Part shown: positions 1 through 10,998 of the stretch, piece after piece
Numbering within the stretch: the stretch's first letter is position 1
Layout: the number at the start of each line of letters is the position of its first letter
Assembly (NCBI GenBank): GCA_027023345.1
Contig: JALVVO010000151.1
Span: forward strand, 1 to 39,713
DNA length: 39,713 nt
DNA from: Thermaceae bacterium
Lineage (GTDB): Bacteria > Deinococcota > Deinococci > Deinococcales > Marinithermaceae
Reading direction: 5' to 3'
The notes under the pieces: model-generated
What the model saw: the letters and a program-made list of their open reading frames with translations, nothing else
What the model was told of the DNA's origin: nothing
Databases searched by the model: none
Translations under genes and position numbers: made by a program

Positions 1-1
1 C

Positions 2-868
2 GCCCGCCGGGTCCTCTGGGCCCCAGCGATGAACCCCGAGATGTGGGCCGACCCCGCGGTGCGGGAGAACGTCCGTCGCTTGAGCGAGCGCGGGCACGCC
101 TTCGCCGGCCCCGTCTTCGGGGCGATGGCGGCGGTGGGGGAGGCCCCCGGCTTCGGGCGGATGCTCGAGCCCGAGGAGCTCGCCGCCCACGTCCGCTTCC
201 ACCTCACCGAGAAGGACTACGCCGGCCGGACGGTGCTGGTCACCGCCGGACCCACCCGCGAGCACCTGGACCCGGTGCGCTTTATCTCCAACCCTTCCTC
301 CGGCAAGATGGGCTACGCCGTGGCCGAGGCCGCCCGGGACCGGGGGGCCCGGGTGATCCTGGTCCACGGCCCCACCAACCTCCCCGACCCCTTCGGCGTC
401 GAGCGGGTGCCGGTGGAGAGCGCCCTTGAGATGCACCGGGCGGTGCTCGCGCGCTTTCCCGAGGTGGACCTCGTGGTCATGGCGGCGGCGGTGGCGGACT
501 GGCGGGTGCCGGAGCCCAAGCGCGAGAAGGAGCCCAAGGCAGGGGACGAAAAACGGCTCCGCCTCGTGCGCACGCCGGACATCCTCGCCGAGCTCGGCGA
601 GAAAAAGCGCGGCCAGGTGCTGGTCGGGTTCGCCATGGAGACGAGCGAGGGCCTGGGCCGGGCCTACGAAAAGCTCCTCAAGAAGAACCTCGACCTGATC
701 TGCCTGAACTACCCCACCGACCCCGAGACCGCCTTCGGCGCCGACGAGAACCGCCTGGTGGTGATCGAGCGCTCGGGCCGGACCGAGGCCTGGGGCAAGG
801 CCTCGAAGCGGGCGCTCGCCGATCGGTTGTTAACCCGCGCCCTCGGGTTTATGCAAAAGCCCGTATAA
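2..868 (+). CDS. coaBC: Bifunctional phosphopantothenoylcysteine decarboxylase / phosphopantothenate-cysteine ligase (CoaBC), 5' end cut by window edge
   Basis: The frame is open to the window start and reads ..[12 protein letters not shown] (CoaC flavoprotein motif PAMN..MW). A CoaB-type half follows ([27 protein letters not shown]). Stop TAA at 866-868. Confidence 0.85.
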   Translation, partial: ARRVLWAPAMNPEMWADPAVRENVRRLSERGHAFAGPVFGAMAAVGEAPGFGRMLEPEELAAHVRFHLTEKDYAGRTVLVTAGPTREHLDPVRFISNPSSGKMGYAVAEAARDRGARVILVHGPTNLPDPFGVERVPVESALEMHRAVLARFPEVDLVVMAAAVADWRVPEPKREKEPKAGDEKRLRLVRTPDILAELGEKKRGQVLVGFAMETSEGLGRAYEKLLKKNLDLICLNYPTDPETAFGADENRLVVIERSGRTEAWGKASKRALADRLLTRALGFMQKPV

Positions 869-898
869 TCTCCGAAGAAAACCCAGGAGGGATCGCCT

Positions 899-1357
899 AT
901 GCCCAACAAGGAGCTGCGTCATAAGAAAATTCAGGAGATCGTCGCCCGCGAGGAGATATCCACCCAGGCCGAGCTCGTCGAGCGGCTCCGCCAGGAGGGG
1001 TTCAACGTCACCCAGGCCACGGTGAGCCGAGACATCAGCGAGCTTCGCCTGGTGCGGGTTCCCCTCGGGCGGGGCAAGCACAAGTACGCGCTGGCCCCGA
1101 TCGAGCTGGAGGAGGACGTCGAGGCCGAGCTGCGCCGCCAGTTCAAGGAGTTCGTGCACGACATCGACCGGGGCGGGAACATCATCGTGCTGCGCACCGC
1201 GCTCGGCCACGCCGCCGGCATCGCGCTTTTAATTGACAAGCTCAAGAACGACGACCTGGTGGGCACCCTGGCCGGGGACGACACCATCCTGGTGGTGGCC
1301 CGGGGCGAGCACGAGGCCGAGCGGCTCCAGGGCTACTTCGAGGAGATGCTGGTCTAG
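899..1357 (+). CDS. argR: Arginine repressor ArgR
   Basis: 152 aa. AGGAGG at 885-890 lies 8 nt before the ATG. N-terminal winged helix ([29 protein letters not shown]) and a C-terminal hexamerisation/arginine-binding domain ([12 protein letters not shown]). Confidence 0.85.
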   Translation: MPNKELRHKKIQEIVAREEISTQAELVERLRQEGFNVTQATVSRDISELRLVRVPLGRGKHKYALAPIELEEDVEAELRRQFKEFVHDIDRGGNIIVLRTALGHAAGIALLIDKLKNDDLVGTLAGDDTILVVARGEHEAERLQGYFEEMLV

Positions 1358-1978
1358 TTGGCGGCGCTGGCCCTCTTCCTGAAGGCCTTCACCACGCTTC
1401 TCGTGGTAATGGACCCGGTGGGGCTGGCGCCGGTTTTCGTGGCGCTCGCCGGGGACCGCCCGCCGGCCGAGCGGCTCCGCATCGCCCGGCGGGCGGTCTT
1501 GATCGCCACCCTTTTGCTCGTCTTCTTCGGATTCTTCGGCGAGCCGCTTCTGCGCTACCTGGGGATCGGCCTTCCCGCCTTCCGCACCGCCGGCGGCCTC
1601 TTGCTCTTCAAGATCGCCCTCGACATGGTCTTCGTCCACCGAATGCGGGAGACCCCCGAGGAGGAGGAGGAGGCCCGCATGCGCGAGGACATCAGCGTCT
1701 TTCCCCTGGCGATCCCCCTCCTCGTGGGGCCGGGGGCGATGGCCAGCGTCCTGGTGCTCACGGCCGAGGCCCGGCACGTGCCCGGGGGCGCCTACGCGGT
1801 GGCGCTGGCGGCGGCGCTGGTGCTCCTTTTCGCCTACCTCGCCCTCCGGCTCGCCGCGGTCTTGAGCCGGCTGCTGGGCCGGACCGGGGTGAACGTCGTG
1901 ACCCGGGTGCTCGGGGTGCTGCTCGCGGCGCTCGCGGTGCAGTTCGTCTTCGACGGGGTCCTGGAGGCCTTCTTCTAA
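1358..1978 (+). CDS. MarC family (UPF0056) integral membrane protein
   Basis: The TTG start directly abuts the argR stop. 206 aa with about 6 hydrophobic segments, a MarC-like N-terminus ([14 protein letters not shown]) and an acidic loop ([10 protein letters not shown]). Confidence 0.7.
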   Translation: MAALALFLKAFTTLLVVMDPVGLAPVFVALAGDRPPAERLRIARRAVLIATLLLVFFGFFGEPLLRYLGIGLPAFRTAGGLLLFKIALDMVFVHRMRETPEEEEEARMREDISVFPLAIPLLVGPGAMASVLVLTAEARHVPGGAYAVALAAALVLLFAYLALRLAAVLSRLLGRTGVNVVTRVLGVLLAALAVQFVFDGVLEAFF

Positions 1979-1985
1979 AGAAGAG

Positions 1986-2009
1986 CGCCGGCCCCCTGGG
2001 GAGCCGGCG
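1986..2009. terminator. GC-rich hairpin between convergent marC-like gene and speH (possible bidirectional terminator)
   Basis: CGCCGGCCCC-CTGG-GGAGCCGGCG forms 9 of 10 pairs. There is no clear U tract on either side. Confidence 0.3.
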
Positions 2010-2026
2010 AGGGGTTCGTGCTCGGG

Positions 2027-2467
2027 TCAGGCGATCCGGGCCTCTAGGTACTCCCGTTCGCCCTCGAGGATCATCCGGGCCTCTTCGGGGTTCTTGGGGT
2101 ACTCCTTGCCGCGGTTCACCAGGTAGGTCTCGTAGCGCTGGATACCAAAGGCCTCGGTGAGGTAGCGCACCGCGGTCTCGATCTCGAAGTCCTTGCAGGA
2201 GAAGATGTCCACGCTGATGAAGCGCCGCTTGGGGAAGGTGTGGATGGCGATGTGCGACTCGGCGATGATGACCACGCCGGCGAGCCCCTCGTCCTCCTCG
2301 GTCTGCCCCTTGTAGTCGTAGACCGAGGGGGGCAGCACCTTGGTCATCTCCATCTTCTCGGGAAGCTCGTCGAGGACCCGGTAGATCAGGTCCCGGTCGG
2401 CGAGCTTCTTGGGATCGGCGTCGTAGCCGTCGATCATCAGGTGGGGCCCGAACCCGAAGAGCTCCAT
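2027..2467 (-). CDS. speH: S-adenosylmethionine decarboxylase proenzyme (pyruvoyl-dependent, SpeH/SpeD small bacterial-archaeal class)
   Basis: 146 aa. It carries the self-cleavage motif IIAESHIAIHTFP (Glu-Ser processing site) and N-terminal FGPHLMIDGY. RBS GGAAAGGAGG lies upstream. Confidence 0.85.
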   Translation of the reverse strand: MELFGFGPHLMIDGYDADPKKLADRDLIYRVLDELPEKMEMTKVLPPSVYDYKGQTEEDEGLAGVVIIAESHIAIHTFPKRRFISVDIFSCKDFEIETAVRYLTEAFGIQRYETYLVNRGKEYPKNPEEARMILEGEREYLEARIA

Positions 2468-2517
2468 CTCTCGACCTCCTTTCCTCGAGGGAGCGGGGTA
2501 CCCCCGCCCGCAATCGG

Positions 2518-2546
2518 CATTATGGGGGAGCCCGCCCCCCTTGTCA
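2518..2546 (-). promoter_or_regulatory. Sigma-A-type promoter for speH
   Basis: Read on the minus strand: TTGACA (2546-2541), 17-nt spacer, CATAAT (2523-2518). The predicted start near 2511 gives a leader of about 44 nt. Confidence 0.5.
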
Positions 2547-2808
2547 AGATTGGAAGCGCGGGCGGTCCAAATCTCCCCCTCCTTTGGGCGCTTCGGAAGG
2601 TAAGATACCCGGTAGATAAGGGAAGAACCGGCCGTGGGGGTTTTCCTCTAGAATGCCGGGCCGTTCTGCCCAAATCTTCGTCGGCCCGGCTTCTGGAGCG
2701 TTTCCATGCCCCGGGGAGGTATGGGGCTCGGGCCGATCGAAAAGGTTCCTTTGCCTAGGGACATTCTTCGTGAGGGGAGGGTTAAACTGGGGCCGAAAAG
2801 GAGGGGAT

Positions 2809-3168
2809 ATGTACCGCGGCAGAGAAGGACAATGGGCTTTCGTTCTCCACCGGATCTCGGGGGTGGCGATCATCCTCTTCCTGACCCTCCACGTCACCGA
2901 GATCTCGAGCTCCATGTTCGGGCCCAAGTGGTTCAACGCCCTCCTCGAGTTCGAGGCCAACCCCATCTTCGGCCTGGGGCTCGTGGGCGTGGCCGCCCTG
3001 GTCCTCTATCACGCCCTGAACGGGCTCCGGATTATCCTGATGGACTTCACCTCCTGGGGGGTGAAGTACCAGCGGCAGCTATGGTACGGCGTCTGGGCCC
3101 TCTACGTGGTGATCGGCTTTCCCATGCTCTTCGCCATGCTCGGGCACGTCTTCGGGGGTGGTGAGTGA
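2809..3168 (+). CDS. sdhC: Succinate dehydrogenase cytochrome b subunit SdhC
   Basis: The track ORF 2653-3168 is trimmed to the ATG at 2809, preceded by AAAGGAGGGG (2797-2806). 119 aa, 3 TM helices, heme-ligand context (FVLHRISGV). First gene of sdhCDAB. Confidence 0.8.
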   Translation: MYRGREGQWAFVLHRISGVAIILFLTLHVTEISSSMFGPKWFNALLEFEANPIFGLGLVGVAALVLYHALNGLRIILMDFTSWGVKYQRQLWYGVWALYVVIGFPMLFAMLGHVFGGGE

Positions 3169-3569
3169 TGGCCATGCGCGCCCGCCGCTTCGAGGAGGCG
3201 AAAAGGCTCGCCTCGAGCAACCTCGAGCTCGCCTGGTGGATCTTCATGCGGGTCTCGGGGGTGCTGCTCGTCTTCCTGGTGCTCGGGCACCTCTTCACCC
3301 GGGCGGTGATCTTCGACTTCCACCACGACCTCAACTACGACCACATGGTCAAGGTGATGAACTCGGTGACCTGGAAGTTCTACAACTGGCTTTTGCTCTT
3401 CCTCTCGATCCTCCACGGGACCAACGGGCTCCGCTACATCATCGACGACTACATCGCCTCGGGGCGGGCCCGGGCCTGGGTCAAGATCCTGGTCTACACC
3501 TTCGTCTTCCTGGTGACCGTGTTCGGCACCCTCGCGCTTTGGGGCTGGAACTACCAGCCCATGGAATAG
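3165..3569 (+). CDS. sdhD: Succinate dehydrogenase membrane anchor subunit SdhD
   Basis: GTG 3165 or ATG 3168 overlaps the sdhC stop (GTGATG). 134 aa, 3 TM helices (WWIFMRVSGVLLVFLVLGHLF). Position in the operon supports the call. Confidence 0.75.
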   Translation: MMAMRARRFEEAKRLASSNLELAWWIFMRVSGVLLVFLVLGHLFTRAVIFDFHHDLNYDHMVKVMNSVTWKFYNWLLLFLSILHGTNGLRYIIDDYIASGRARAWVKILVYTFVFLVTVFGTLALWGWNYQPME

Positions 3570-3580
3570 GGAGGTAGGGG

Positions 3581-5320
<1,740 letters not shown>

Positions 5321-5330
5321 GGAGGGCGTG

Positions 5331-6032
<702 letters not shown>

Positions 6033-6037
6033 AAAAG

Positions 6038-6067
6038 GGCTTGTGGCTTGTAGCCAGTGGCTTGTGG
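6038..6067 (+). repeat. Tandem heptamer repeat GGCTTGT x4 (third unit diverged to AGCCAGT)
   Basis: Direct reading gives GGCTTGT GGCTTGT AGCCAGT GGCTTGT GG. It lies between the sdhB stop and the terminator hairpin. Confidence 0.6.
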
Positions 6068-6068
6068 A

Positions 6069-6098
6069 GGGGGCCGCCTTCGGGCGGCCCCCTTTGCG
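6069..6098 (+). terminator. Intrinsic terminator of the sdh operon
   Basis: A perfect 10-bp stem GGGGGCCGCC/GGCGGCCCCC closes a C(UUCG)G tetraloop and is followed by TTTGCG. Confidence 0.55.
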
Positions 6099-6154
6099 CG
6101 GGGGAGGGGACGGCGATCGGGGCCCTCGGCGTTGGGCCCGGCGGAAGTTTGGGC

Positions 6155-7768
6155 CTAGCCGTCTTCCAGGTTCGCCCGCAGGCGCTTCGCTTCGTCCTCG
6201 AGGGCCCGTAGCCTTTCCACCTTGGCCTCGAGCGCCTCGAGCGCACCCTGGATCCGCTCGCAGTCCGGGCGGTAGAGCGCCCGGAAGCGCTCGGCGCTCT
6301 TTTCGAGCTCCTCGGCGAGGGCTTTTTCGAGGGCGGCCTCGAGCTCCTCCCGGATCGCCGCGAGCCTCCGCTTGAACTCCCGAAGGGCGGCCTCCCGCCG
6401 GCGGGGGAGGACCGAGAGGCCGAGGATGGCGGCGGCGAGGCCGGCGGTGAGGCCGGTGACGTCGGCGGCGAGGCCGTGAAGCAAAAGCGCGATCAGCGCC
6501 CCGAGCCCCACCGCCCCCGCCTCGGCCAGGGCGGTGGCCTTGAGGGCGGCCTCGACCCGGCCCTGGACGAAGGCGGCCTCGGCCTCCGGCGAGAAGCGGG
6601 CGAGCGCCTCTTGGAGCCTTGCCTTCAGGTCCCCCTCTTCCGCGGCCTCGACCGTACGCGCGGTCTTGATCAGGTCGAGGGCGGAGGCGAGGAGGTCCCG
6701 CTCGCGCCGGCCGATCCAGGCCAGGGCGTCGGTGAGCTCGAGCACAAGCCGCTCCTCGGCGTCCCGAATGACCTCGGACTCGAAGCTTTTCTGCACCCGG
6801 CTCGCGTTCAAAAGGTCGAGGATCCGCCCGAGCCGCACGTGCTCTTTGAACCAGCGCTCGCCCCGCTTTTCGATCTCGGCAAAGACCTGGGCGAGCCGTG
6901 CCTTGCGCCCGGCGAACTCCTCTTGGGTTTGCCGGAGGTGGCGCTTTAGCAGGGCGTCCAGCGTCCGGCAGCGCTCGGCTTCGGCGAGCAGGCGCTTATG
7001 CTCGGCCGAGAGCCGGTCTTGGCCATCCTCGAGGAGCCGCTGGAGCACCCCGAGGGGGCTCGATAGCTTGAGGCGGGCGGCCTCGCGCCCTAGCACCTCG
7101 CGGATCTTGGCCTCGAGCTCGGCCAACCCCTCGCCGGTGCGGGCGCTCACCAAAAAGACCGGTGGCACCAGGCCCAGCGTCTCCCGGGCCTTCTCGAGGA
7201 CGAAGGCGCGGACCTCCTCCTTTTCCGCCTCGTTCAGGAGGTCGGCCTTGTTCACCACCAGGACGACCTTCTTGCCCCAGGAGCGGATGAGCTCCAAAAA
7301 CCGCCGCTCGCTCTCGGCGTAGGGGCGGTCGGCGCTCGTGGTGAAGAGGATCAGGTCGGCCCGGGGGAGGAAGGCCTCGGTGAGCGCCTGGTGGCGGCGA
7401 ATCACCGCGTTCGTCCCCGGGGTGTCCACGAAGCGGAGGGTCTTCAAAAGCTCGTGGGGGAAGCGAACGAGGACCAGGTCCTCGCCGAGGGCCTCGGTGC
7501 CCTCGCCGTAGGAGATGAGCTGGATCTTGTCGGTGGTGGGGGTGACCCCTTCCCGCAGGAGCGGCGCGCCGAGGAGGGCGTTTAAAAGCGAGGACTTTCC
7601 GGAGTTGAACTCGCCCGCGACCACCAGCAAAAAGGGCCCCTCGAGGTCCAAAAGCGCCTGCTTTAAGGGCGCGGTCTCGACTCCGAGGGGGGCGAGGGCC
7701 TCGAGCCCCTCGGCGAGCAGCGCGCGCACCGCCTCGGCCTTGGCGACGAGTTCCGGGTCCAGCCGCAC
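6155..7768 (-). CDS. Bacterial dynamin-like GTPase (short form, with hydrophobic membrane hairpin)
   Basis: 537 aa, GTG start. G1 GEFNSGKS (aa 51-58), G3 DTPG (115-118), G4 NKAD (173-176). A long Arg/Glu/Leu-rich helical stalk is interrupted by a hydrophobic segment at aa 411-454 (nt 6407-6538). Confidence 0.8.
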   Translation of the reverse strand: MRLDPELVAKAEAVRALLAEGLEALAPLGVETAPLKQALLDLEGPFLLVVAGEFNSGKSSLLNALLGAPLLREGVTPTTDKIQLISYGEGTEALGEDLVLVRFPHELLKTLRFVDTPGTNAVIRRHQALTEAFLPRADLILFTTSADRPYAESERRFLELIRSWGKKVVLVVNKADLLNEAEKEEVRAFVLEKARETLGLVPPVFLVSARTGEGLAELEAKIREVLGREAARLKLSSPLGVLQRLLEDGQDRLSAEHKRLLAEAERCRTLDALLKRHLRQTQEEFAGRKARLAQVFAEIEKRGERWFKEHVRLGRILDLLNASRVQKSFESEVIRDAEERLVLELTDALAWIGRRERDLLASALDLIKTARTVEAAEEGDLKARLQEALARFSPEAEAAFVQGRVEAALKATALAEAGAVGLGALIALLLHGLAADVTGLTAGLAAAILGLSVLPRRREAALREFKRRLAAIREELEAALEKALAEELEKSAERFRALYRPDCERIQGALEALEAKVERLRALEDEAKRLRANLEDG

Positions 7769-7772
7769 GGCC

Positions 7773-8219
7773 CTACCTTACCCAAACCCCGCCGGGAAGT
7801 TCGGAAAGCCGCGCGTGGCCAAGGTAGAAGAGGTGGCTTTTGGCGCCGCTGTCGCTTGCGCCAAAGCCCGGGGCGGCCACCCTGGCCCCGATCCCTAGGA
7901 GCCTGGGAAGCAGGTGGGCCTCGCTTTCGCCAAAAAAGAGCAGAGCGCCGACGAGCCGGGCGGACTCGGCCTCGAGCAGGTGGTCGACGTGCCAAAAGAG
8001 CGCGCCCTTCCTCCCCCGCGCCCCGGGAAAGCGGGCCTCGAAGGCGGCGAGGGCGGGGTGGGGCGGCCCTTTGAGCCTCCTCGCGTGGCGGAGGAGCCTC
8101 GGGCCGAAGCCCCGCCTCGCGCTCCCCAGGTAGACGAGCTCCCCGGGAGCGATCCGGAAGCGGCCGAGGTCGAGGGGCGCCTCGAGTTCGACGAGGAGCA
8201 GGTAGGCCCCGCCCTTCAT
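7773..8219 (-). CDS. DUF123-type protein (GIY-YIG superfamily-like putative nuclease)
   Basis: 148 aa. GAY...VYLGSA, RLLRH, FWHVDHLL and GFGASDSGAKSHLFY match my recollection of the DUF123 signature. The ATG overlaps the upstream stop (ATGA). Confidence 0.6.
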   Translation of the reverse strand: MKGGAYLLLVELEAPLDLGRFRIAPGELVYLGSARRGFGPRLLRHARRLKGPPHPALAAFEARFPGARGRKGALFWHVDHLLEAESARLVGALLFFGESEAHLLPRLLGIGARVAAPGFGASDSGAKSHLFYLGHARLSELPGGVWVR

Positions 8220-10147
8220 TCCCGGGCCCGCTTGATCGCCTCCAGGGCTTCGGGGTTTTCGAGCGCCGAGGTGTCGCCGGTCTCCTCCCCCAGGTAGGCG
8301 GCCTTGATCAGCCGCCGCATCACCTTGGCGTTTCGCGTCTTGGGCAGGTCGGGGACGAAGACCACCCGCTCGGGGGCGAGGGGCTTCCCGAGCCGCTCGG
8401 CGACCTTTTGGATGATCGCCTCCGCGAGGGCCTCGCTGGGTTCGAAGCCGGGGTTCAGGACGACGAAGACCACCGGCACCTCGCCCTTGACCGGGTGGGG
8501 CACGCCGATCGCCCCCGCCTCCTTCACCGCCGGGTGGGCCACCGCCGCCGACTCGATCTCGGCGGGGCCGATCCGCTTGCCGGCGACCTTCAGCGTGTCG
8601 TCGGAGCGGCCGAGGATGAACCAGTGGCCCTCCTCGTCCACCATCGCCCAGTCGCCGTGGACCCAGACGTTTTCAAACCGGCTCCAGTAGGTCTTCTCGT
8701 AGCGCTCGGGGTCCCGCCAGAACCCCTTGGTCATGCCGGGCCAGGGGGCGAGGACGGCGAGCTCGCCGACCTGACCCACCACCGGCTTCCCGGCGTCGTC
8801 GAGGACCGCCGCCTTCATCCCGGGGGCGGGGGTGTTGAAGCCGGTGGGCTTGATGGGACGGAAGACGACGTTGCCCAGGATGCCGCCCGAGACCTCGGTG
8901 CCGCCCGAGTAGTTGATGATCGGCGCCTTGCCCCGGCCCACGTGGTGGAAGAACCAGAGGTAGGGCTCGGGGTTCCAGGGCTCGCCGGTGGAGCCGAGGA
9001 CGCGGAGGCTTGCAAGGTCGTGCTTCTCGATGGGCTCGGTGCCAAAGGGCATGAGCGCCCGGACCAGGGTGGGGGAGATGCCGAGGTGGGTGATCCCGTG
9101 CCGCTCCACCATGGCCCAGAGCCGGTCCGGCCCCGGGTAGTCGGGGGCGCCCTCGTAGAGGAAGACGGTGGCGCCCAGGATGAGGCTTCCGAAGATCGCC
9201 CAGGGGCCCATCATCCAGCCGATGTCGGTGAACCAGAACAGCACCTCGCCGCGGCGGAGGTCGAAGAGGTGGGCCATGTCCTGGGCCGCCTTCAAGGGAA
9301 AGCCGGCGTGGTAGTGGACGGTGCCCTTGGGCCGGCCGGTGGTGCCCGAGGTGTAGATCAGCATGAAGGGGTCCATGCTCCCCATCGGCTCGGTGGGGGC
9401 GGGGGCGGCGACGTCGGCGAGGGCCTCGTGCCACCAGACGTCCCGGGCCTCGTCGAAGGGGACCTCGACGCCGAGCCGGCGCACCACCAGCGTCCTCGGG
9501 GTGCCGGCGAGCCGCGCCGCCTCGTCGGCCACCGGCTTCATCGCTACCGGCCGGCCGCGGCGGAAGAAGCCGTCGGCGGTGACGAGGAGGGTGGCGTCCG
9601 CGTCCTTGAGCCGGGTGGCCACCGCCTCTGCGCCGTAGCCGGAGAAGATCGGGACCAGGATCGCCCCGATCCGGGCCACCGCCAGGGCGGCGACGGCGGT
9701 CTCCGGGATCATCGGCAAGAAGAGCCCCACCCGGTCGCCCTTTTCCACCCCGAGCCCCTTTAAGAGGGCGGCGGCGCGGCCGACCTCGCGTTCGAGCTCG
9801 CGGTAGGTGAGCCGGGTGATCTTCCCGTCTTCCCCCTCCCAGACGAGCGCGAGCTGCTGGGCGAGGCCCCGGGAGAGGTGCTGGGTGACGGCGACGTGGG
9901 CGAGGTTGAGCCTGCCGCCGACGAACCACTCGGGCCAGGCCGGCCCCCGGGAGAGGTCCACGAAGGCCTGGTAGGGCTCGAACCACTCGACGCCGATCGC
10001 CTCGAGGGTGGCCGCCCAGAAGCGGTCCATCTCCTCGACCGAGAGGCGGTAGAGCTCGTCGTAGTCGGCGACGCCGAGCCGCTCGATGAGTCGCTCCAGA
10101 TGGCTTCCCCGGGTGTACTCCAGGCTCGGGTACCAGATCGGTTTCAT
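8216..10147 (-). CDS. AMP-forming acyl-CoA synthetase (acetate/propionate-CoA ligase family)
   Basis: 643 aa. Adenylation motifs YTSGTTGRPKG, GEL..., VLGRSDDTLKVAGKRIGPAEIE and the A10 motif LPKTRNAKVMRR with the catalytic/acetylatable Lys. The acyl substrate cannot be read from sequence. Confidence 0.85.
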   Translation of the reverse strand: MKPIWYPSLEYTRGSHLERLIERLGVADYDELYRLSVEEMDRFWAATLEAIGVEWFEPYQAFVDLSRGPAWPEWFVGGRLNLAHVAVTQHLSRGLAQQLALVWEGEDGKITRLTYRELEREVGRAAALLKGLGVEKGDRVGLFLPMIPETAVAALAVARIGAILVPIFSGYGAEAVATRLKDADATLLVTADGFFRRGRPVAMKPVADEAARLAGTPRTLVVRRLGVEVPFDEARDVWWHEALADVAAPAPTEPMGSMDPFMLIYTSGTTGRPKGTVHYHAGFPLKAAQDMAHLFDLRRGEVLFWFTDIGWMMGPWAIFGSLILGATVFLYEGAPDYPGPDRLWAMVERHGITHLGISPTLVRALMPFGTEPIEKHDLASLRVLGSTGEPWNPEPYLWFFHHVGRGKAPIINYSGGTEVSGGILGNVVFRPIKPTGFNTPAPGMKAAVLDDAGKPVVGQVGELAVLAPWPGMTKGFWRDPERYEKTYWSRFENVWVHGDWAMVDEEGHWFILGRSDDTLKVAGKRIGPAEIESAAVAHPAVKEAGAIGVPHPVKGEVPVVFVVLNPGFEPSEALAEAIIQKVAERLGKPLAPERVVFVPDLPKTRNAKVMRRLIKAAYLGEETGDTSALENPEALEAIKRARE

Positions 10148-10998
10148 GGCTTCCTCCTCAAAAGGCGCAGCCAGAACCGCCGGGGCGCGGTGTCCTCTGC
10201 CCGCGCGGGGGTGGGCGCGTCGGGGATGGGCTCGAGCGCCCGCAGGAAGTCGGTCAGCGAGAGCCGCTCCTCGGGGTCCTTGGCCAAAAGCCCCATCACC
10301 GCCCGGGCGATCCTCGGGTTCGCGTCCTTGAGCGGGAGCGGCTTTTGGGTCAGGTGGGCGGCCAGCAGCTCGTCGTAGGTCTCGCCGTAGAAGGGGCGCT
10401 TGCCGGCGAGCAGCTCGTAGGCCAGCACCCCGAAGGAGTAGGCGTCGGAGGCGGGGGTGGCCTCGGCCCCCTTGAAGAGCTCCGGGGCCATGTAGAAGGG
10501 GCTTCCCGCCCGTTCCAGGGGAGCCGCGTCCTCCCGGGTCTTGGCCACGCCGAAGTCGCCGAGCTTGGCCACCTCGCCGCGCAGGAAGACGTTCGCCGGC
10601 TTCACGTCCTGGTGGACGATGCCCAGCCGGTGCAGGTAGAGGAGGGCCTCGGCGAGCTGGCGCAGGTAGGCGAGGGCCCGCTCGCGGGGGAGCGGGCCCT
10701 TTTGCAGCCGGTCCTCCAGGCTGCCTTCCTCGAAGTACTCGAGCACCAGGAAGGCGTCCTTGCCGTAGGGCTTGCCCGCGATCCCCTTGACCAGGTGGGG
10801 GTGGGCCAGGCCGAGCGAGAGCCGGACCTCGCGGGCGACGCGCTCGGCCAGGGCGGGGTCCTTGTGCACCTCGGCGCGAGGGATCTTCAGCGCCACCGGA
10901 CGGCCGTCGGGGGCGTGGGCGAGGTAGACCTGCCCGGTGGTGCCCAAGCCCAAGAGGAGCTCGAGCCGGAAGTCCTCCCGCCTGAGGGGCCGCGTCAT
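10144..10998 (-). CDS. Hanks-type Ser/Thr protein kinase, kinase domain only, non-RD (HQD) catalytic loop
   Basis: 284 aa. Gly loop LGLGTTGQVY, VALKI, catalytic loop HQDVKPANV, DFGVAK, YMAPE. No TM segment or sensor domain. Basic tail RRFWLRLLRRKP. ATGA overlaps at both ends. Confidence 0.85.
   Translation of the reverse strand: MTRPLRREDFRLELLLGLGTTGQVYLAHAPDGRPVALKIPRAEVHKDPALAERVAREVRLSLGLAHPHLVKGIAGKPYGKDAFLVLEYFEEGSLEDRLQKGPLPRERALAYLRQLAEALLYLHRLGIVHQDVKPANVFLRGEVAKLGDFGVAKTREDAAPLERAGSPFYMAPELFKGAEATPASDAYSFGVLAYELLAGKRPFYGETYDELLAAHLTQKPLPLKDANPRIARAVMGLLAKDPEERLSLTDFLRALEPIPDAPTPARAEDTAPRRFWLRLLRRKP

Noticed and set aside
864-869. A perfect TATAAT upstream of argR
   Set aside because: It overlaps the coaBC stop codon, and no acceptable -35 or extended -10 TG lies at the right spacing. 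argR may simply be co-transcribed with coaBC. I could not identify an ARG box either.
6155-7768. Calling the dynamin-like gene an Eleos (LeoA/LeoBC) anti-phage system
   Set aside because: Only one dynamin-like gene is present, whereas Eleos needs two or more. It sits in a native-composition housekeeping array with no mobile-element or defence-island context. I kept it only as a cautious candidate paired with DUF123.
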